64,000 bases of DNA from the human T2T-CHM13v2.0 reference genome, Homo sapiens (GCF_009914755.1 NC_060925.1); one strand, 5' to 3'. Numbered from the stretch's first letter, positions 14,911 to 33,011 are shown. Numbers and translations: made by a program. The notes: generated from the sequence alone by a model not told the origin.

Positions 14911-15358
14911 TAGGGCTTGGCACACTGGCCGGTGGCCGAGTCTGGTTCCCCATCTGTTTTTGTAAATAAAGGTTTATTAGATCCCAGCCATGCTCATTAG
15001 TGTTGTCCACGGTGGAGTAGTGTAGTTGCAGCAGAGACTGCATGGCCTGCAGAGCCTAAGCTGTTGACTCTGCCATGCTCATTAGTGTTGTCCACGGTGG
15101 AGTAGTGTAGTTGCAGCAGAGACTGCATGGCCTGCAGAGCCTAAGCTGTTGACTCTGCCATGCTCATTAGTGTTGTCCACGGTGGAGTAGTGTAGTTGCA
15201 GCAGAGACTGCATGGCCTGCAGAGCCTAAGCTGTTGACTCTGCCATGCTCATTAGTGTTGTCCACGGTGGAGTAGTGTAGTTGCAGCAGAGACTGCATGG
15301 CCTGCAGAGCCTAAGCTGTTGACTCTGTGGCCCTTTATGGAAGAGCGTGCCATCCCTG
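14911..15358 (+). mobile_element. MER58A-type hAT MITE expanded by an internal tandem repeat
   Basis: tttttgtaaataaaggtttattag...cagccatgctcatt...tggcctgcagagcctaa...ggccctttatggaa matches MER58A. Confidence 0.8.
14987..15326. repeat. Perfect tandem repeat, 4 x 85 bp
   Basis: Identical units start at 14987, 15072, 15157, 15242. Confidence 0.98.
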
Positions 15359-15974
15359 CTCCTCACCCTGTGCTCCTGCCTGCCACACTGATCTCTAGAA
15401 GCTGTGTGCTCCTCCTTTCACTTCTTATGCTTCAGTTTCCATATCTAGTTATTCACAGTGTCGTGCTACTTTTTCTGACAAAGCATCTCAAACATAGCTC
15501 TTCCTGTCCATCCTCATATGACCGTCACCTTGCAGGATGCTGTCAGGTTTTACCTGGACTAATGAAATTCCCTGTTCTGTGATCTCCAGGATCTTTCCAT
15601 TTGTCCTATACCAATGCTTTCCAGTGTTTTCCATGTCAGGACCCACACAGTAAAAAGATAGTATTTGTACAGTACACCGGGGCAAATGGCTGTGGCTGCT
15701 TGGGGCTGGAAGCGGCCAGCTGAGAGTAACCACGTTTCTAAGATGTAACTTGATCCCATACACTGGCTCATACTTGAGACACTCATAACTTTTTTTTTCC
15801 TGGCACACTGAAGGGAAAGCCCTACTTTACACTGTCACCAGACTTCTTTTTCTGAAACATACCTGATTGTGGTATCTGCCTGCATCAAAACGTTCAGCAG
15901 CTCCGCATCACCTAAGGCCTGAAGTCCAAACACCTTAGCATGGCATAAACTTCCTTTCCTAATGGATTTGATAA

Positions 15975-16386
15975 CCAGGGCAGCCCTAACACATTGCCAC
16001 AAACCAGATGGCTTAAAGCAACATAAATTTATTCTCTAGACGAGAGGTCTGAAGTCAAGGGGTTGTGGCTGATCAGTCCCTTCTGGAGGCTCTGAGGGAG
16101 AAACCGTCCCATGCGTCTCTCCTTGTCTAGTGGCTGCTGACGGTCATTGAGATTGCTCAGCTTGCAGGTGCTTCACGCAGCCTCTGCCTCCGTCTTCATG
16201 TGGCCTTCTCCTTGTGTCCTTTTTCTTCTTGTAAGGACAATACTCGTTAGATTAGGGCCTCCACTAAACCAGTATGACCTCTTAATTTGATTACATCTGC
16301 AAAGACCTAATTTTCGAATAAGGTTACATACACGCTTCTGTGTGGTTATGACTTTGTTTTGGGAAGGGAAGACACTATTCAACCTA
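15975..16386 (-). mobile_element. MLT1 (MaLR) solo LTR
   Basis: ccacaaaccagatggcttaaagcaac...ggaggctctgagggagaa...ttacatctgcaaagacc. Confidence 0.8.
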
Positions 16387-16456
16387 GTGTATCTAGTAAC
16401 ATTCCAAGCTACTTTTCTCAACTCTTAGCTAACTCCTCATCCCAAATATGTATTCA

Positions 16457-17513
<1,057 letters not shown>

Positions 17514-17857
17514 TATGGTTGACCCAGCCCTTTCCTCCTACCCGACCATTTGCCTGAAACTTATATATCTTTCGACACTCATTTGCACAGTGACGTTTTC
17601 TTGTTTGCTCATAGCATCGTATAGATTCTTCTTCTGCTTCCCTCTGTGTCATTAAAATTATGTATTTGCCTGTTTGTATCGCCAGTTAGCTAGATTTTGA
17701 ACTCTGTAAGAGCAGAAGCATGTTTTAATTGAGTTATATGTCCACAGCACCTTGCAAAGTACCTGACACATGATTCTTTACAAATGGTTTGTTGAATGAA
17801 TGACATTCACGAATAAAGACAGTCATCCTATTTTCTTCTTTGTCTTTTTTACCTCAG

Positions 17858-17962
17858 GTACAGAAACTAATGCGGAAAAAGCAATTAGACGTAGCAGAAT
17901 TTAGCATCTATTGGGATGTCGATTGCACTTTACTGGGGGATTTGCCTCAGATGGAGTTACAG
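17858..17962 (+). CDS. VPS13D: VPS13D exon 7 (105 nt): VQKLMRKKQLDVAEFSIYWD...PQMELQ
   Basis: acctcag|GTACAG ... TTACAG|gtacga. Confidence 0.95.
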
Positions 17963-18339
17963 GTACGATTTCGGCAGGGAGATTTGTTGCAAGACAGCAT
18001 GGAAGGGAAGCGGCGTAGGGTCACTGCCACGGGGGCTTTTGTCTCTTGCCTCTCTGATTCCAGTTCCCACCCACTGTTCCTCTAAAGCCATTCACTCTCA
18101 AGTGTGTTTGCTTGAGGTACTTGCTATGTATGTGACTTCGAACAATATATAGTGCTTTGTTTTATGTATGTTTTAAATTTATACTAGACTATAGTTTTCT
18201 TTGGTTTATTTTATTCAGTGAAAGCTATGTTTTTAAGATGTTGCTGTTTGTACTTCCAATTCATTGCTCTGACCACTGCATAGTATTCCACCGTTTGCAT
18301 GTTCACGTAACATACTTACACATCGAGATGTTTTCCATC

Positions 18340-20330
<1,991 letters not shown>

Positions 20331-20468
20331 AACAGACAAAAATATTTGCCGCTGTGACACAGCCTATGGCTGAGCTCCACTGTTTGTCATAAAACCCCAA
20401 CATTGTAAAAGAGTGACTACCAGAAGGAAAGCCATTCGGAGCAGAGCAGGTGTTCTTGTGACACACAG

Positions 20469-20639
20469 GAGGCCATGGCCAGGAGCATGGAGAGTCGCAG
20501 CCATCACTACGTCCTGGAGCCTGTGTTTGCATCTGCTCTTTTGAAGAGAAACTGCTCCAAGAAGCCCCTGCGGTCTCGGCACAGTCCCCGTATTGATTGT
20601 GATATTCAGCTGGAGACCATTCCCTTGAAACTCTCTCAG
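20469..20639 (+). CDS. VPS13D: VPS13D exon 8 (171 nt): EAMARSMESRSHHYVLEP...TIPLKLSQ
   Basis: gacacacag|GAGGCC ... TCTCAG|gtatgc. Confidence 0.93.
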
Positions 20640-21122
20640 GTATGCCCTTTCTTCTCAGTGGCATCTACTTACTGTCAAACTGGTGACTGCAGTGAAAGTC
20701 TTGATATTAACGTATCCTCAGCAGGAAAGAAAGTTCATGTGAGACCATTTCCCTCCAGACTAAAGTTGTGTTAGGTATAAAACTCACCGTCTGTTACATA
20801 GTTAAATTGGGTTGATCTCAGGTTAGTTTTTTTTTTTTTTTTTTTTAATTAGTTGGTGGTATGGATTGGAAAGGAGGCTAGTTTTGTTTTGGTATTTTTA
20901 AGAGCTGAACAAAAAATACAAGAGATACGGCAATGTATAGGCTTAACTGTCAGGGTTCAGAGAAACATGTCACTTGATGCTGATATTTTGGTCTTTCAGT
21001 TTGCACTGGGTTTCAATTCAGTGGATCAACTAATGTGAATTGTTCTTGTTAGATATAGGTCTTAACTGAGTAAAAGAAACAAACCTATTCTAACCTAGTA
21101 TCTCTTAACCTCTAATACAAAG

Positions 21123-21223
21123 CTGCAATACCGGCAAATCATGGAATTCCTCAAGGAGCTGGAACGAAAGGAGAGGCAGGTGAAGTTCCGAAGGTGGAAA
21201 CCCAAGGTGGCGATATCTAAGAA
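21123..21223 (+). CDS. VPS13D: VPS13D exon 9 (101 nt): LQYRQIMEFLKELERKERQVKFRRWKPKVAISK(N)
   Basis: aatacaaag|CTGCAA ... AAGAA|gtaagg; the phase 2 end matches the next exon. Confidence 0.93.
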
Positions 21224-22070
21224 GTAAGGGCTTCTCAGTGTGGTCATGAAATTCATGTTAGAGCCTGTTCTTGCTATGTACATAGATCAGAAATATGCCT
21301 CACTGTCCTTTACCCATGTTTGGAGATAAAAGTACAGTTGATTTTTCTGGTCCTTGGAATGCCATTCCCATTGTTTATCATCATTGATATTCTTTCTGTA
21401 TATTTATTTGGTGTCATTGGCTTACTCTTAGACTGAGTGTAGTAAAATTCAGAGGATCCTCTCAGTCTCATTTAGCAAGTAGACTGATGTTGCTCTGGTG
21501 GGATCTGGTGTGTATTATAAATACTTTAAATATTCTTTGAACCTACTTCCCTGTGTTTTTTCTCCCAGGTTGTTTGGTCAACATTTACATAGTACTCTTT
21601 GCAGCCTCCATAGCAAAACTAAATCCTGTTTTCATGTTGCAGTGATAAACTTGACCAGTCTGATATAATAAAGCTTTTTAAAGATCCTATGTATTTCCAT
21701 GTCTTTAGTTAGAAGTATTCACTTAAAAATCTTTAGTAGTCAAATCCTCGGTAATTATCTTAAGATGGTATTTACCTTACAGTCAGCCTTCGATATTCTG
21801 TCAGTAGAGGGGAGGGATATTATAATTCAAACCAATTGAGAACTGTGTTATTGATATATAAATTGGGGATCTATTATTTGATGTTCTTTGGCAGATTTGC
21901 CTTCTCCACCTAGTGGTTTAATATTAAGACGAACTTAATATATAAACTGGTGGCTGACAAGAGAAAAGATGTCTCAGGAGAGGAGTGGGGTTATGTGGAT
22001 TGTCCTGGATTGGTAGCCTTTTCGTTGCTTTTGTTGTAAGAAGTGATTACATCGTTATGGACTATTTCAG

Positions 22071-22239
22071 CTGCCGAGAATGGTGGTATTTTGCTTTGAA
22101 TGCTAACTTGTATGAGATCAGAGAGCAGAGGAAACGTTGCACCTGGGACTTTATGTTGCACCGCGCTCGTGATGCTGTATCTTACACTGACAAATATTTC
22201 AACAAGTTAAAAGGAGGCCTGCTGTCCACAGATGACAAG
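22071..22239 (+). CDS. VPS13D: VPS13D exon 10 (169 nt): CREWWYFALNA...GLLSTDDK
   Basis: tatttcag|CTGCCG ... GACAAG|gtaagt; conserved VPS13 WW-Y/F-A motif. Confidence 0.96.
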
Positions 22240-23159
22240 GTAAGTGGACTGTGGTCTTGTGTTTCTTGTCTTATTCAGAAGATAAGAATGTTCTCTCAAA
22301 GACTAAAGAAAATGGGATCTGTGAAGTAATAAAGTCCCATGCCAAAGGGGCTAAATTTTATAGGATAGAGTTGGTCTTAGTAGAGTGAGAACTAAGCCAG
22401 GAGCATCCTCCACCTTCTGCTGCCCGAGGAGAGCCGGGCCATGGGGTAGGAGGAAGAAAAGACACCGTGGTCCTGCTATGCCTTTGCGCCCACACCCCTG
22501 CCCCCCAGCTCAAGAGACTGTTTCATACAGTCACCCGCCTCTCTTCAAAGCCTGATCCCAGTCCTAATTCTCTTACTTCAAAGTCTGTAATCTCTGTGAA
22601 CTTTGGCCTACGTTTTCTATAATCCCAGTGGACTTGATTGACCTTGGATATTTAGGTTGTAGAGGCTAGGCAGAAAAGGGTGAAGTACGTGGTGAAGGCA
22701 AGCTCATGTTTTAGTTAATAGTAGGGCTAAAGGCCCTTAGAATGCCCCCTCCTGGAGCCCTGGCATGGGACCCCACCCCTTCTCTAGCTGTCTGCCTGCT
22801 CTCTTTTGGGGGAAGGTATTGGGGATTGCTTTGCTTCTTGTTTTATTTCAGTTTTGTGAGCATCAATTTTTGCAGTAGCAGCTTAGACTGTGTCTGAGAT
22901 TTTGGCTCAGGTACTGCCCCTTAACTAACCACTTGTTTAGTAGACTCTTCTAAGCACAAAGGAATACTTTTCCCTTCAGCACCTGCTGTGTGGTCAGTGA
23001 GGGCAATGCTGAAGCCCTAGTGGTTAGTGCCTCTCCTGCCGGCACCCTGAGGCTGTGGCCCATTCACTTTGCTAATGCTTTTATCATCAGTGTCAGACAT
23101 GGTTACTGACACAGGAACCTTATGAGAAGGATAAAATAAACCAGACATTTTGGATGATT

Positions 23160-24459
<1,300 letters not shown>

Positions 24460-24827
24460 ACACTTTAGTGACTCTTAAAACTGAGTACTGCTGTTCTTCG
24501 CTCCCTCTCCATTCACCATTCATCTCAGGTGTCATGAAACTTGTTAGTGATTTTTTTTTTCCCCTTCTTTCATAGAGCTCAATTTCTGGAGAATTGTTGG
24601 TGATGTTTTTAAGACCAAATAACATCTACTGGATTATATGGAAAAGCTACTTAAGCCAGAAACAGCAATCATGGAACTATTTATCTTGTTTCTTGGCCTT
24701 CAGTGGAAATGCAGGGGACCAGAGAGGTTTCTGTGCTTTACTTTTAGTGGCTTGTGAGGGTGTCCAGTGTCTCTGGATCTACAACGTTTGTGTTTTTGTT
24801 TATTTGCTTTTGTTTTCACCCAAACAG

Positions 24828-24929
24828 GAGGAAATGTGTCGGATTGAAGAGGAACAGAGCTTTGAGGAATTGAAGATTTTGCGTGAACTGGTTCATGATC
24901 GATTTCACAAACAGGAAGAACTAGCAGAG
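24828..24929 (+). CDS. VPS13D: VPS13D exon 11 (102 nt): EEMCRIEEEQSFEELK...QEELAE
   Basis: ccaaacag|GAGGAA ... GCAGAG|gtaaga. Confidence 0.95.
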
Positions 24930-25082
24930 GTAAGAAATCCTCTACAAGAGGATTTGTTCAGACCCAGCACACCCTGAGTGCTACAGTTTTGATGTGCTTG
25001 TGCTCCTGTGGGGAAACAGCAGCATATCACAGCTTGCTTTTATCTTTGAGTACTCATCTCTGCTCCTTTGTGATTGACACAG

Positions 25083-25284
25083 AGTCTGCGGGAGCCTCAG
25101 TTTGATTCTCCAGGAGCCTGTCCGGGAGCCCCAGAACCCGGTGGAGGCAGTGGGATGCTGCAGTATCTCCAGTCCTGGTTTCCTGGATGGGGTGGCTGGT
25201 ACGGGCAGCAGACCCCAGAAGGGAATGTGGTTGAGGGACTGTCAGCAGAGCAACAGGAGCAGTGGATTCCTGAAGAGATCCTGG
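25083..25284 (+). CDS. VPS13D: VPS13D exon 12 (202 nt): SLREPQFDSP...SWFPGWGGWYG...PEEIL(G)
   Basis: tgacacag|AGTCTG ... CTGG|gtacgg. Confidence 0.94.
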
Positions 25285-25579
25285 GTACGGTGGGAGCTGG
25301 CCTTCACTTGATTCAAACAAATTCGTCTGTTATTTGTGCAACAGCTTGTGGTATTTTTCAAATTTAACAAAAGTAGATATTTGGAGAACAGTTTATGTTC
25401 ATAGAGGCTGAGAGAAGAAGTATTTTGGGAGATACTCCATTTGTAACTCTGTGACTAAATGTGCGTATTAATGCAGTTTCAGAAAGAGCTGAGAGGCAGA
25501 GCGTGTAAAAGAACTAAATTTGAGCAAGTTCAACAATTTTAAACTCTGAAGTTTGAATACCAGTCTAGAGCCTCTCTTA

Positions 25580-25785
25580 AACCTGCAGTGTCCGATATCT
25601 AGCCATAGGCACAAATGGCTAACTAAAATTTAATTCGAATTGAATACAAGTAAAAATTTAGTTTCTTAATTGCACTAGCACATTAGCCACGTGTGCTCCC
25701 AGTGCTCAGTAGCCACATGTGGTTAGTGGCCACTGTACTGGATATCGCAGATGCGGACCATTTCACCATGCTGGGCAGCACTGCT
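25580..25785. mobile_element. MER3/MER33-like hAT-Charlie MITE
   Basis: gtgctcagtagccacatgtggttagtggccactgtactgga. Confidence 0.7.
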
Positions 25786-26035
25786 TTATACCATCCCTTA
25801 TCATGAATCTTATCCTCCCTGGTTTGATAATAAGTTGATAAGATCCCTTAAAAAACAATTAGGGTTGTTTTACATTAGGAAATATTATAAAATAGTCACC
25901 CATGACTTTGGAGTTCTTTCTTAACAAAGGGAAAAATAGTTAAATAACATCATCATAACTGTGATCAGTCTGCTTGCTGGTGCTTTTTTATTCTTCCACG
26001 TTTTTTCTTACAGTCTTTTCTCCCTTACCATTTAG

Positions 26036-26215
26036 GCACTGAGGAGTTTTTTGACCCCACTGCAGATGCCTCGTGTATGAACACGTATACAAAGCGAGAT
26101 CATGTCTTTGCCAAACTGAATTTGCAGTTGCAGCGAGGTACAGTGACTCTGTTACACAAGGAGCAAGGAACTCCTCAAATGAATGAAAGTGCTTTCATGC
26201 AGCTCGAGTTTTCAG
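26036..26215 (+). CDS. VPS13D: VPS13D exon 13 (180 nt): TEEFFDPTADAS...FMQLEFS(D)
   Basis: catttag|GCACT ... TTTTCAG|gtacac. Confidence 0.95.
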
Positions 26216-26270
26216 GTACACTGCCCCCAAGAAACTACCTGCCACTGTTGTCTCTCTGTGGGCCAATGTC

Positions 26271-27644
<1,374 letters not shown>

Positions 27645-27660
27645 GACAGTATTTGCCTTC

Positions 27661-27753
27661 TTTTTGTGACTTTGAATTAAAGGTGTATAAATAAATATGC
27701 AGATGTTTTTGTGACTTTGAATTAAAGGTGTATAAATAAATATGCAGATGTTT
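27661..27753. repeat. Perfect tandem duplication, 2 x 45 bp
   Basis: tttttgtgactttgaattaaaggtgtataaataaatatgcagatg at 27661 and 27706. Confidence 0.95.
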
Positions 27754-28003
27754 GGACATCTCACAAATATTTTTATTTCGGTCCATAAAACAGCAGCTTA
27801 TTTGAGATTCCTGAGTGGCTGAAGGACAAATGATTTTTTTTAAAAAGCCAGTTTGTTTGACTTCATAATGTAGAAAATTGAGCTGTCATAAACTTAGTAT
27901 TAACTAGCAGATTACTTGAACTGAATTGAAAAGGCACTATTTAAAATTCCTTCTGCTAGGAAACTTCTAATGGTGTTTGTGTGTTTAGACAGCTGGATAG
28001 ATA

Positions 28004-30863
28004 CAGGCACACTTGATTTTATTGCACTTTGCCTTATTGCACTTCATAGACACCACATTTTTTACAAATTGACAGTTTAAAAATGAGCAAGTCTATAGGT
28101 GCCATTTTTCCAACAGCATGTGCTCACTTTGTGTCTCTGTGTCACATTTTAGTAATTTGCCCAGTATTTCAAACTTTTCCATTATTATTCTGTCTCTTAT
28201 GGTGATCTGTAATCACCAATTTGTAATGTTATTATTGTATTTGTTTTGGAGTGCTATGAACCATGCCCATAGAAGATGGTAACTTAGTCAATATTGTGTA
28301 TGTTCCAACTGCTCCACCGACTGGCCATTTCCTTGTCTCTTTTCCTCTCCTGGGGCCTCCCTATTACCTGAGACACAATGTTGAAATTGGGCTAATAACC
28401 CTACAATGGCTTCTAAATGTTCAGGTGAAAGGAAGAGTCACATGTCTCTCACTTTAAATCAAAAGCTAAACGTGATTAAGCTTAGTGAGGAAGACGTCGA
28501 AAGCTGAGATAGGCCAAAAGCTAGGCCACTTGTGCCAAACAGTTAGCCAAGTTGTGAATGCAAAGGAAAAGTTCTGGAAGGAAATTATTAGTAAAAGTGC
28601 TACTTCAGCGAACACATGAATGATCAGAAAGCAAAGCAGCCTTACTGCTGCAATGGAGAAAGTTTGGTCTGGATAGAAGATCAAAGCAGCCACAGCCTTT
28701 CCTTAAGCCAAAGCCTAATGCACAGCAAGGCCTTAACTCATTTCAGTTCTGGGATGGCTGGAAGAGGTGAGGAAACTGCAGAAGAAAAGTTTGAAGCTAG
28801 CAGAGGCTGGTTCATGAGTTTGAAGGAAAGAAGCCATCTCCATAACATAAAAGTGCAAGGTGAAGCAGCCAGTGCTGATGGGGAAGCTGCAGCAAGTTAT
28901 CCAGAAGATCCAGCTAAGATCCTTGCTATGCTAAATGATAGATTTTCATTGTAGATGAAAAGGCCTTCTATTGGAAGAAAATGCCATCTAGGACTTTTCA
29001 TAGCTAGAGAGGAGAAGTCAATGCCTGGCTTCAAAGCTTCAAAGAACAGGCTGACTCTCTTGTTAGGGGCCAGTGCAGCTGGTGACTTTAAGTTGCTGAT
29101 TTACCTTTCTGAAAATCCCAGGGCCCTTAAGAATTATGCTCAATCTCCTCTGCTTGTGTTCTATCAATGGAGCAACAAAGCTTGGATGATGCCAGTACAT
29201 CTGTTTACAGCATGGTTTACAGAAGATTTTAAGGCCACTATTGAGACCTACTGCTCAGAAAAAAAGATTCCTTTCAAAATATTACTGCTCGTGGATAATG
29301 CATCCAGTCACTCAAGAGCTCTGCTGGGAGAAGTATAAAGAAATTAGTGTTGTTTTCATGCCTGCTAACACAACATCCATTCTGCAGCCCATGGATCCAG
29401 GAGTAATTTCAACATTCAAGTTTGTTTGTTTCTTTAATTAATTGCTTAATTTATTCAGAGATGAGCTCTCACTTTTTTGGCCAGGGTGGTCTCAAACTCC
29501 TGGCCTCAAACGATCCTCCTGCTTCAGCCCCCAAAGTGCTGGGATTGCAGGTGTGAGTTACCACTCCCAGCCTCAACTTTTATTATTCAAGAAATACATT
29601 GCATAGGCTGTAGCTGCCATAAATAGTGATTCCTCTGATGGACCTAGGTAAAGTATATAGAAAAGCTTCGGGAAAAGATTCACCATTCTAGATGCCATGA
29701 AGAACATTTGTAATTCGTGGAAGGAGGTCAAAATATCAGCATTAACAGGAGTTTGGAAGAAATCAACCCTCTTGGATGACTTTGAGGGATTCAAGACTTA
29801 AGTGGAGGAAGTAACTGCAAATGTGGGGTAAATAGCAAGAGAACTAGAATTAGAAGTGGAACCTGAAGATGTGACTGAATTGCTGGAATCTCATGATCAA
29901 ACTTGAATGGATAAAGAGTTATTTCTTACAGATGAGCAAAGAAGGTAGTTTCTTGAGATGGAATCTACTCCTGGTGAAGATACTATGAACACTGTTGAAA
30001 TGACAACCCAAGGCTGGGCGTGGTGGCTCACGCCTGTAATCCCAGCACTTCGGGAGGCCAAGGCAGGAGGATCATTTCAGGCCAGGAGTTCACAACCAGC
30101 CTGGGCAACATAGCAAGACCCTATCTCTACTAAAAATTAAAAAAAAAATTAGTTGGTCATGGTGACATGCTCCTGTAGTCCTAGCTACGTGGCAGACTGA
30201 GAGGTAGGAGGATCCCTTGAGCCCAGGACTTTGAAGTTACAGTGAGCTATGATTGCACCACTGCACTCCAGCCTGGGTGACAAAGCAAGACCTTGTCTCA
30301 AAAAAGAAAACAAAATAAAAAAGGAAATGACAATAAAGTTTTTAGGATACTAAATCAACTTAGTTGCTAATGGCAGGGTTTGAGAGGATTGACTGTGGTT
30401 TTGAAAGAAATTCTACTGTGGTTAAATACATGCTTTATCAAACAGCATCACCTGCTACAGAGAAATCTTCTGTGAAAGGAAGAGTCAGTTGATGTAGCAA
30501 ACTTCGTTGTTGTCTTATTTTAAGAAATCACCACAGTCACCCCAACACTTCAGCAACCACGCCTTGATCAGTCAGCAGGCATCATCATGTAGGCAAGGCC
30601 TTCCATCAGCAAAAAGATTACAACTTGCTGAAGATTCACAGGATTGTTAGCACTTTCTAGCAATAAAATATTTTAAAATTAAGGTATCTATATTGTAGTT
30701 TCAGGCATAATGCTATTGCACACTCAGTACACTACTGTATAGTGTCAACATCACTTTTCTATGCACTGGGAAACCAAAACATTTGTGTGACTTGCTTTAT
30801 TGTGATCCTCACTTTATTGCAGTGGTCTGGAACCAAACCCGCAATATCTCCAATATGTGCCTG
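28004..30863 (+). mobile_element. Near full-length Tigger1 DNA transposon with a dead pogo-type transposase and two Alu insertions (29421-29572 -, 30012-30322 +)
   Basis: TA|caggcacac ... gtgcctg|TA; ATG at 28406 (MASKCSGERKSHMSLTLNQKL); fragments [38 protein letters not shown]; frameshifts and stops. Confidence 0.93.
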
Positions 30864-31015
30864 TAGATAGATAGGGTTTTTTTGTTTGTTTGTTTAATTT
30901 CAAGGAAAAATAGTTCATCTATAATAATCTTCTGTAAAATAGAATATCTAATATTTTCAAAAACACATTAGGCTCTCATAAGCATTGTATCAACTATTTT
31001 ATTTATCTTTTATAG

Positions 31016-31146
31016 ATGTAAAACTTCTAGCAGAGTCTCTTCCTCGAAGAAATTCCTCGTTGCTTTCAGTCCGGTTGGGTGGACTGTTTCTTCGAGACCT
31101 GGCTACAGAAGGAACTATGTTTCCTCTTCTAGTCTTCCCTAATCCA
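31016..31146 (+). CDS. VPS13D: VPS13D exon 14 (131 nt): VKLLAESLPRRNSS...LLVFPNP
   Basis: ttttatag|ATGTA ... AATCCA|gtatgt. Confidence 0.95.
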
Positions 31147-31979
31147 GTATGTACAACAGTTGGATAGTTAATGTATCTAAGGTGTTGGTAAATTGTAGTC
31201 TGTTTTAGGCAAATGATAACTGATTCATTCTGACATTTGATCATCTTGAGACTGATGGGCTGGGATTAGAAAAGTTTCTTGAAATTGTTAAAGAGCAAAT
31301 GTTGGTGACATTAATGGCTATGCCTTCTTGCACTCCTGTATTGTAGCCACCATGGTATATTTTGCTCTGATTTGGAAGAAAATGCTATAAGACCACTATT
31401 TTCTGCATTTCAAGGTCAATGTTTGGGTTTCCTCTGTATCTGACAGTCATTTTCATGCCTTCTGACCCTTAGTTACTGACATGAAATCTCGTCTCGCCAG
31501 GGTCCCAAAACAGAAACATCTCAAGTTTTCTATATATATGTAATTTTTAAAATATAATATACGTTATTAACGATAAGATCTTTGATCTTAAGTTGGCAAC
31601 AAGCTGTCTAAATGGCTGAGTAGTTAACCCCTTATTCTGTCCATAGTTTTGTTTTGGTTGGGGGAACGTTATGGAGAGGGTGGGAAGGCTGACTTAAAGT
31701 TTGAAAAGTTAGACATGTTTAATTTTCATTTAGCAACTGTTCATTAAATGTGCCGAGTGCAAAGTAGCATATTGTCAGTACAAAGGAAAAGATGTGGTCT
31801 CACTAGATTGGAAAAAGGGCAGAAAACGAAACAATTCTGCAAGTAGTCAATCTGAGGTAAAGTGAGTTTTGATTTGATGGTGCTAAGGGAGTGTGTTGCT
31901 GAAGGGTAAGATGGGTTTGTTTAGTGAATTGTCCCCTCTCACGCTGACGTTTACGCATTTTTGTGTGTTTGTTTAATAG

Positions 31980-32055
31980 CAAAAAGAAGTTGGCAGAGTC
32001 TCACAATCTTTTGGTCTACAAACTACATCTGCAGACAGAAGTGATCATTACCCAG
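31980..32055 (+). CDS. VPS13D: VPS13D exon 15 (76 nt): QKEVGRVSQSFGLQTTSADRSDHYP(A)
   Basis: tttaatag|CAAAAA ... CCCAG|gtaatt; not in the ORF track, found by frame continuity. Confidence 0.92.
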
Positions 32056-32840
32056 GTAATTTGTCCTATGTTGTTTTTTTAAAATTTTTAAATTTTTTAA
32101 ATTAATTTTTCTTTGAGACAGGGCCTCGCTCTGTCACCCAGGCTGGAGTGCAGTGGTGTGATCTTGGCTCACTGCAACCTCTGCCTCCCGGGTTCGAGTG
32201 ATTCTCATGCCCTTGCCAGGATTACTGGTGTGTGCCACCATGTCTGGGTAATTTTAGTATATTTAGTAGAGATGGGGTTTTGCTTTGTTGTCCAGGCTGG
32301 TCTTGAACTCCTGAGCTCAAGCCACCCACCCTCCTTGGCCTCCCAAAGTGCTGGGATTACAAGTGTGAGCCACCATGCCTGAGCTTTTTTTTTTTTTTTT
32401 TTTTTAATAATTTAAAAATTCTTTTTGGGGGACTTTCCAACAAAAACCAGATCAGTAGTCTTTGATCAGTAGTAAAAGAGGGAATGTTTTCTGTTTTGTG
32501 CGCAGTGGTTTGCTGTGTACACCAGGGTTTCACTTGAAGACAGCCTGGTCCTCTCTCAGTGGAGCTGCGAACTTGGGGCTAACTGGGCAACCTTGCAGGG
32601 TCTTCAGGTCCTTGGTTTCCATGATATGGGAGCTAATACAACAGGCCAGTCTACACAATTCCTGTGGAAAATTAAACAGTCAATCCTGATGAGGCTTTCT
32701 ATTTTAAAGATAGGCATAAATGTGAACTAATTGAAAAATAATTTAGAAAATGTCTGTTTTTCCAGAATCCCTCACAGGTCTGTTAATAAGGCTATAGTTT
32801 TTGCCTTGTTCCGTGTTCTTATTCCTGTTCTTTCCTTTAG

Positions 32841-33011
32841 CTGCAGATCCAGATGGCCCCGTTTTTGAGATGCTGTATGAGAGAAATCCGGCGCACAGCC
32901 ACTTTGAGAGGCGGCTCAATGTCAGCACAAGGCCCTTGAACATCATATACAATCCGCAGGCCATTAAAAAAGTAGCAGACTTTTTCTACAAGGGAAAGGT
33001 TCATACCTCAG
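32841..33011 (+). CDS. VPS13D: VPS13D exon 16 (171 nt): ADPDGPVFEMLYERNP...KGKVHTS(G)
   Basis: tcctttag|CTGCAG ... TCAG|gttaac. Confidence 0.94.

Noticed and set aside
14987-15326. CRISPR-like array
   Set aside because: Units are contiguous and identical with no unique spacers, there are no cas genes, and the context is a primate intron. It is a tandem repeat.
28406-29960. Active or domesticated Tigger transposase gene
   Set aside because: The ORF is broken into several frames (28616-28954, 28955-29338, 29241-29441) by frameshifts, stops and an Alu insertion.
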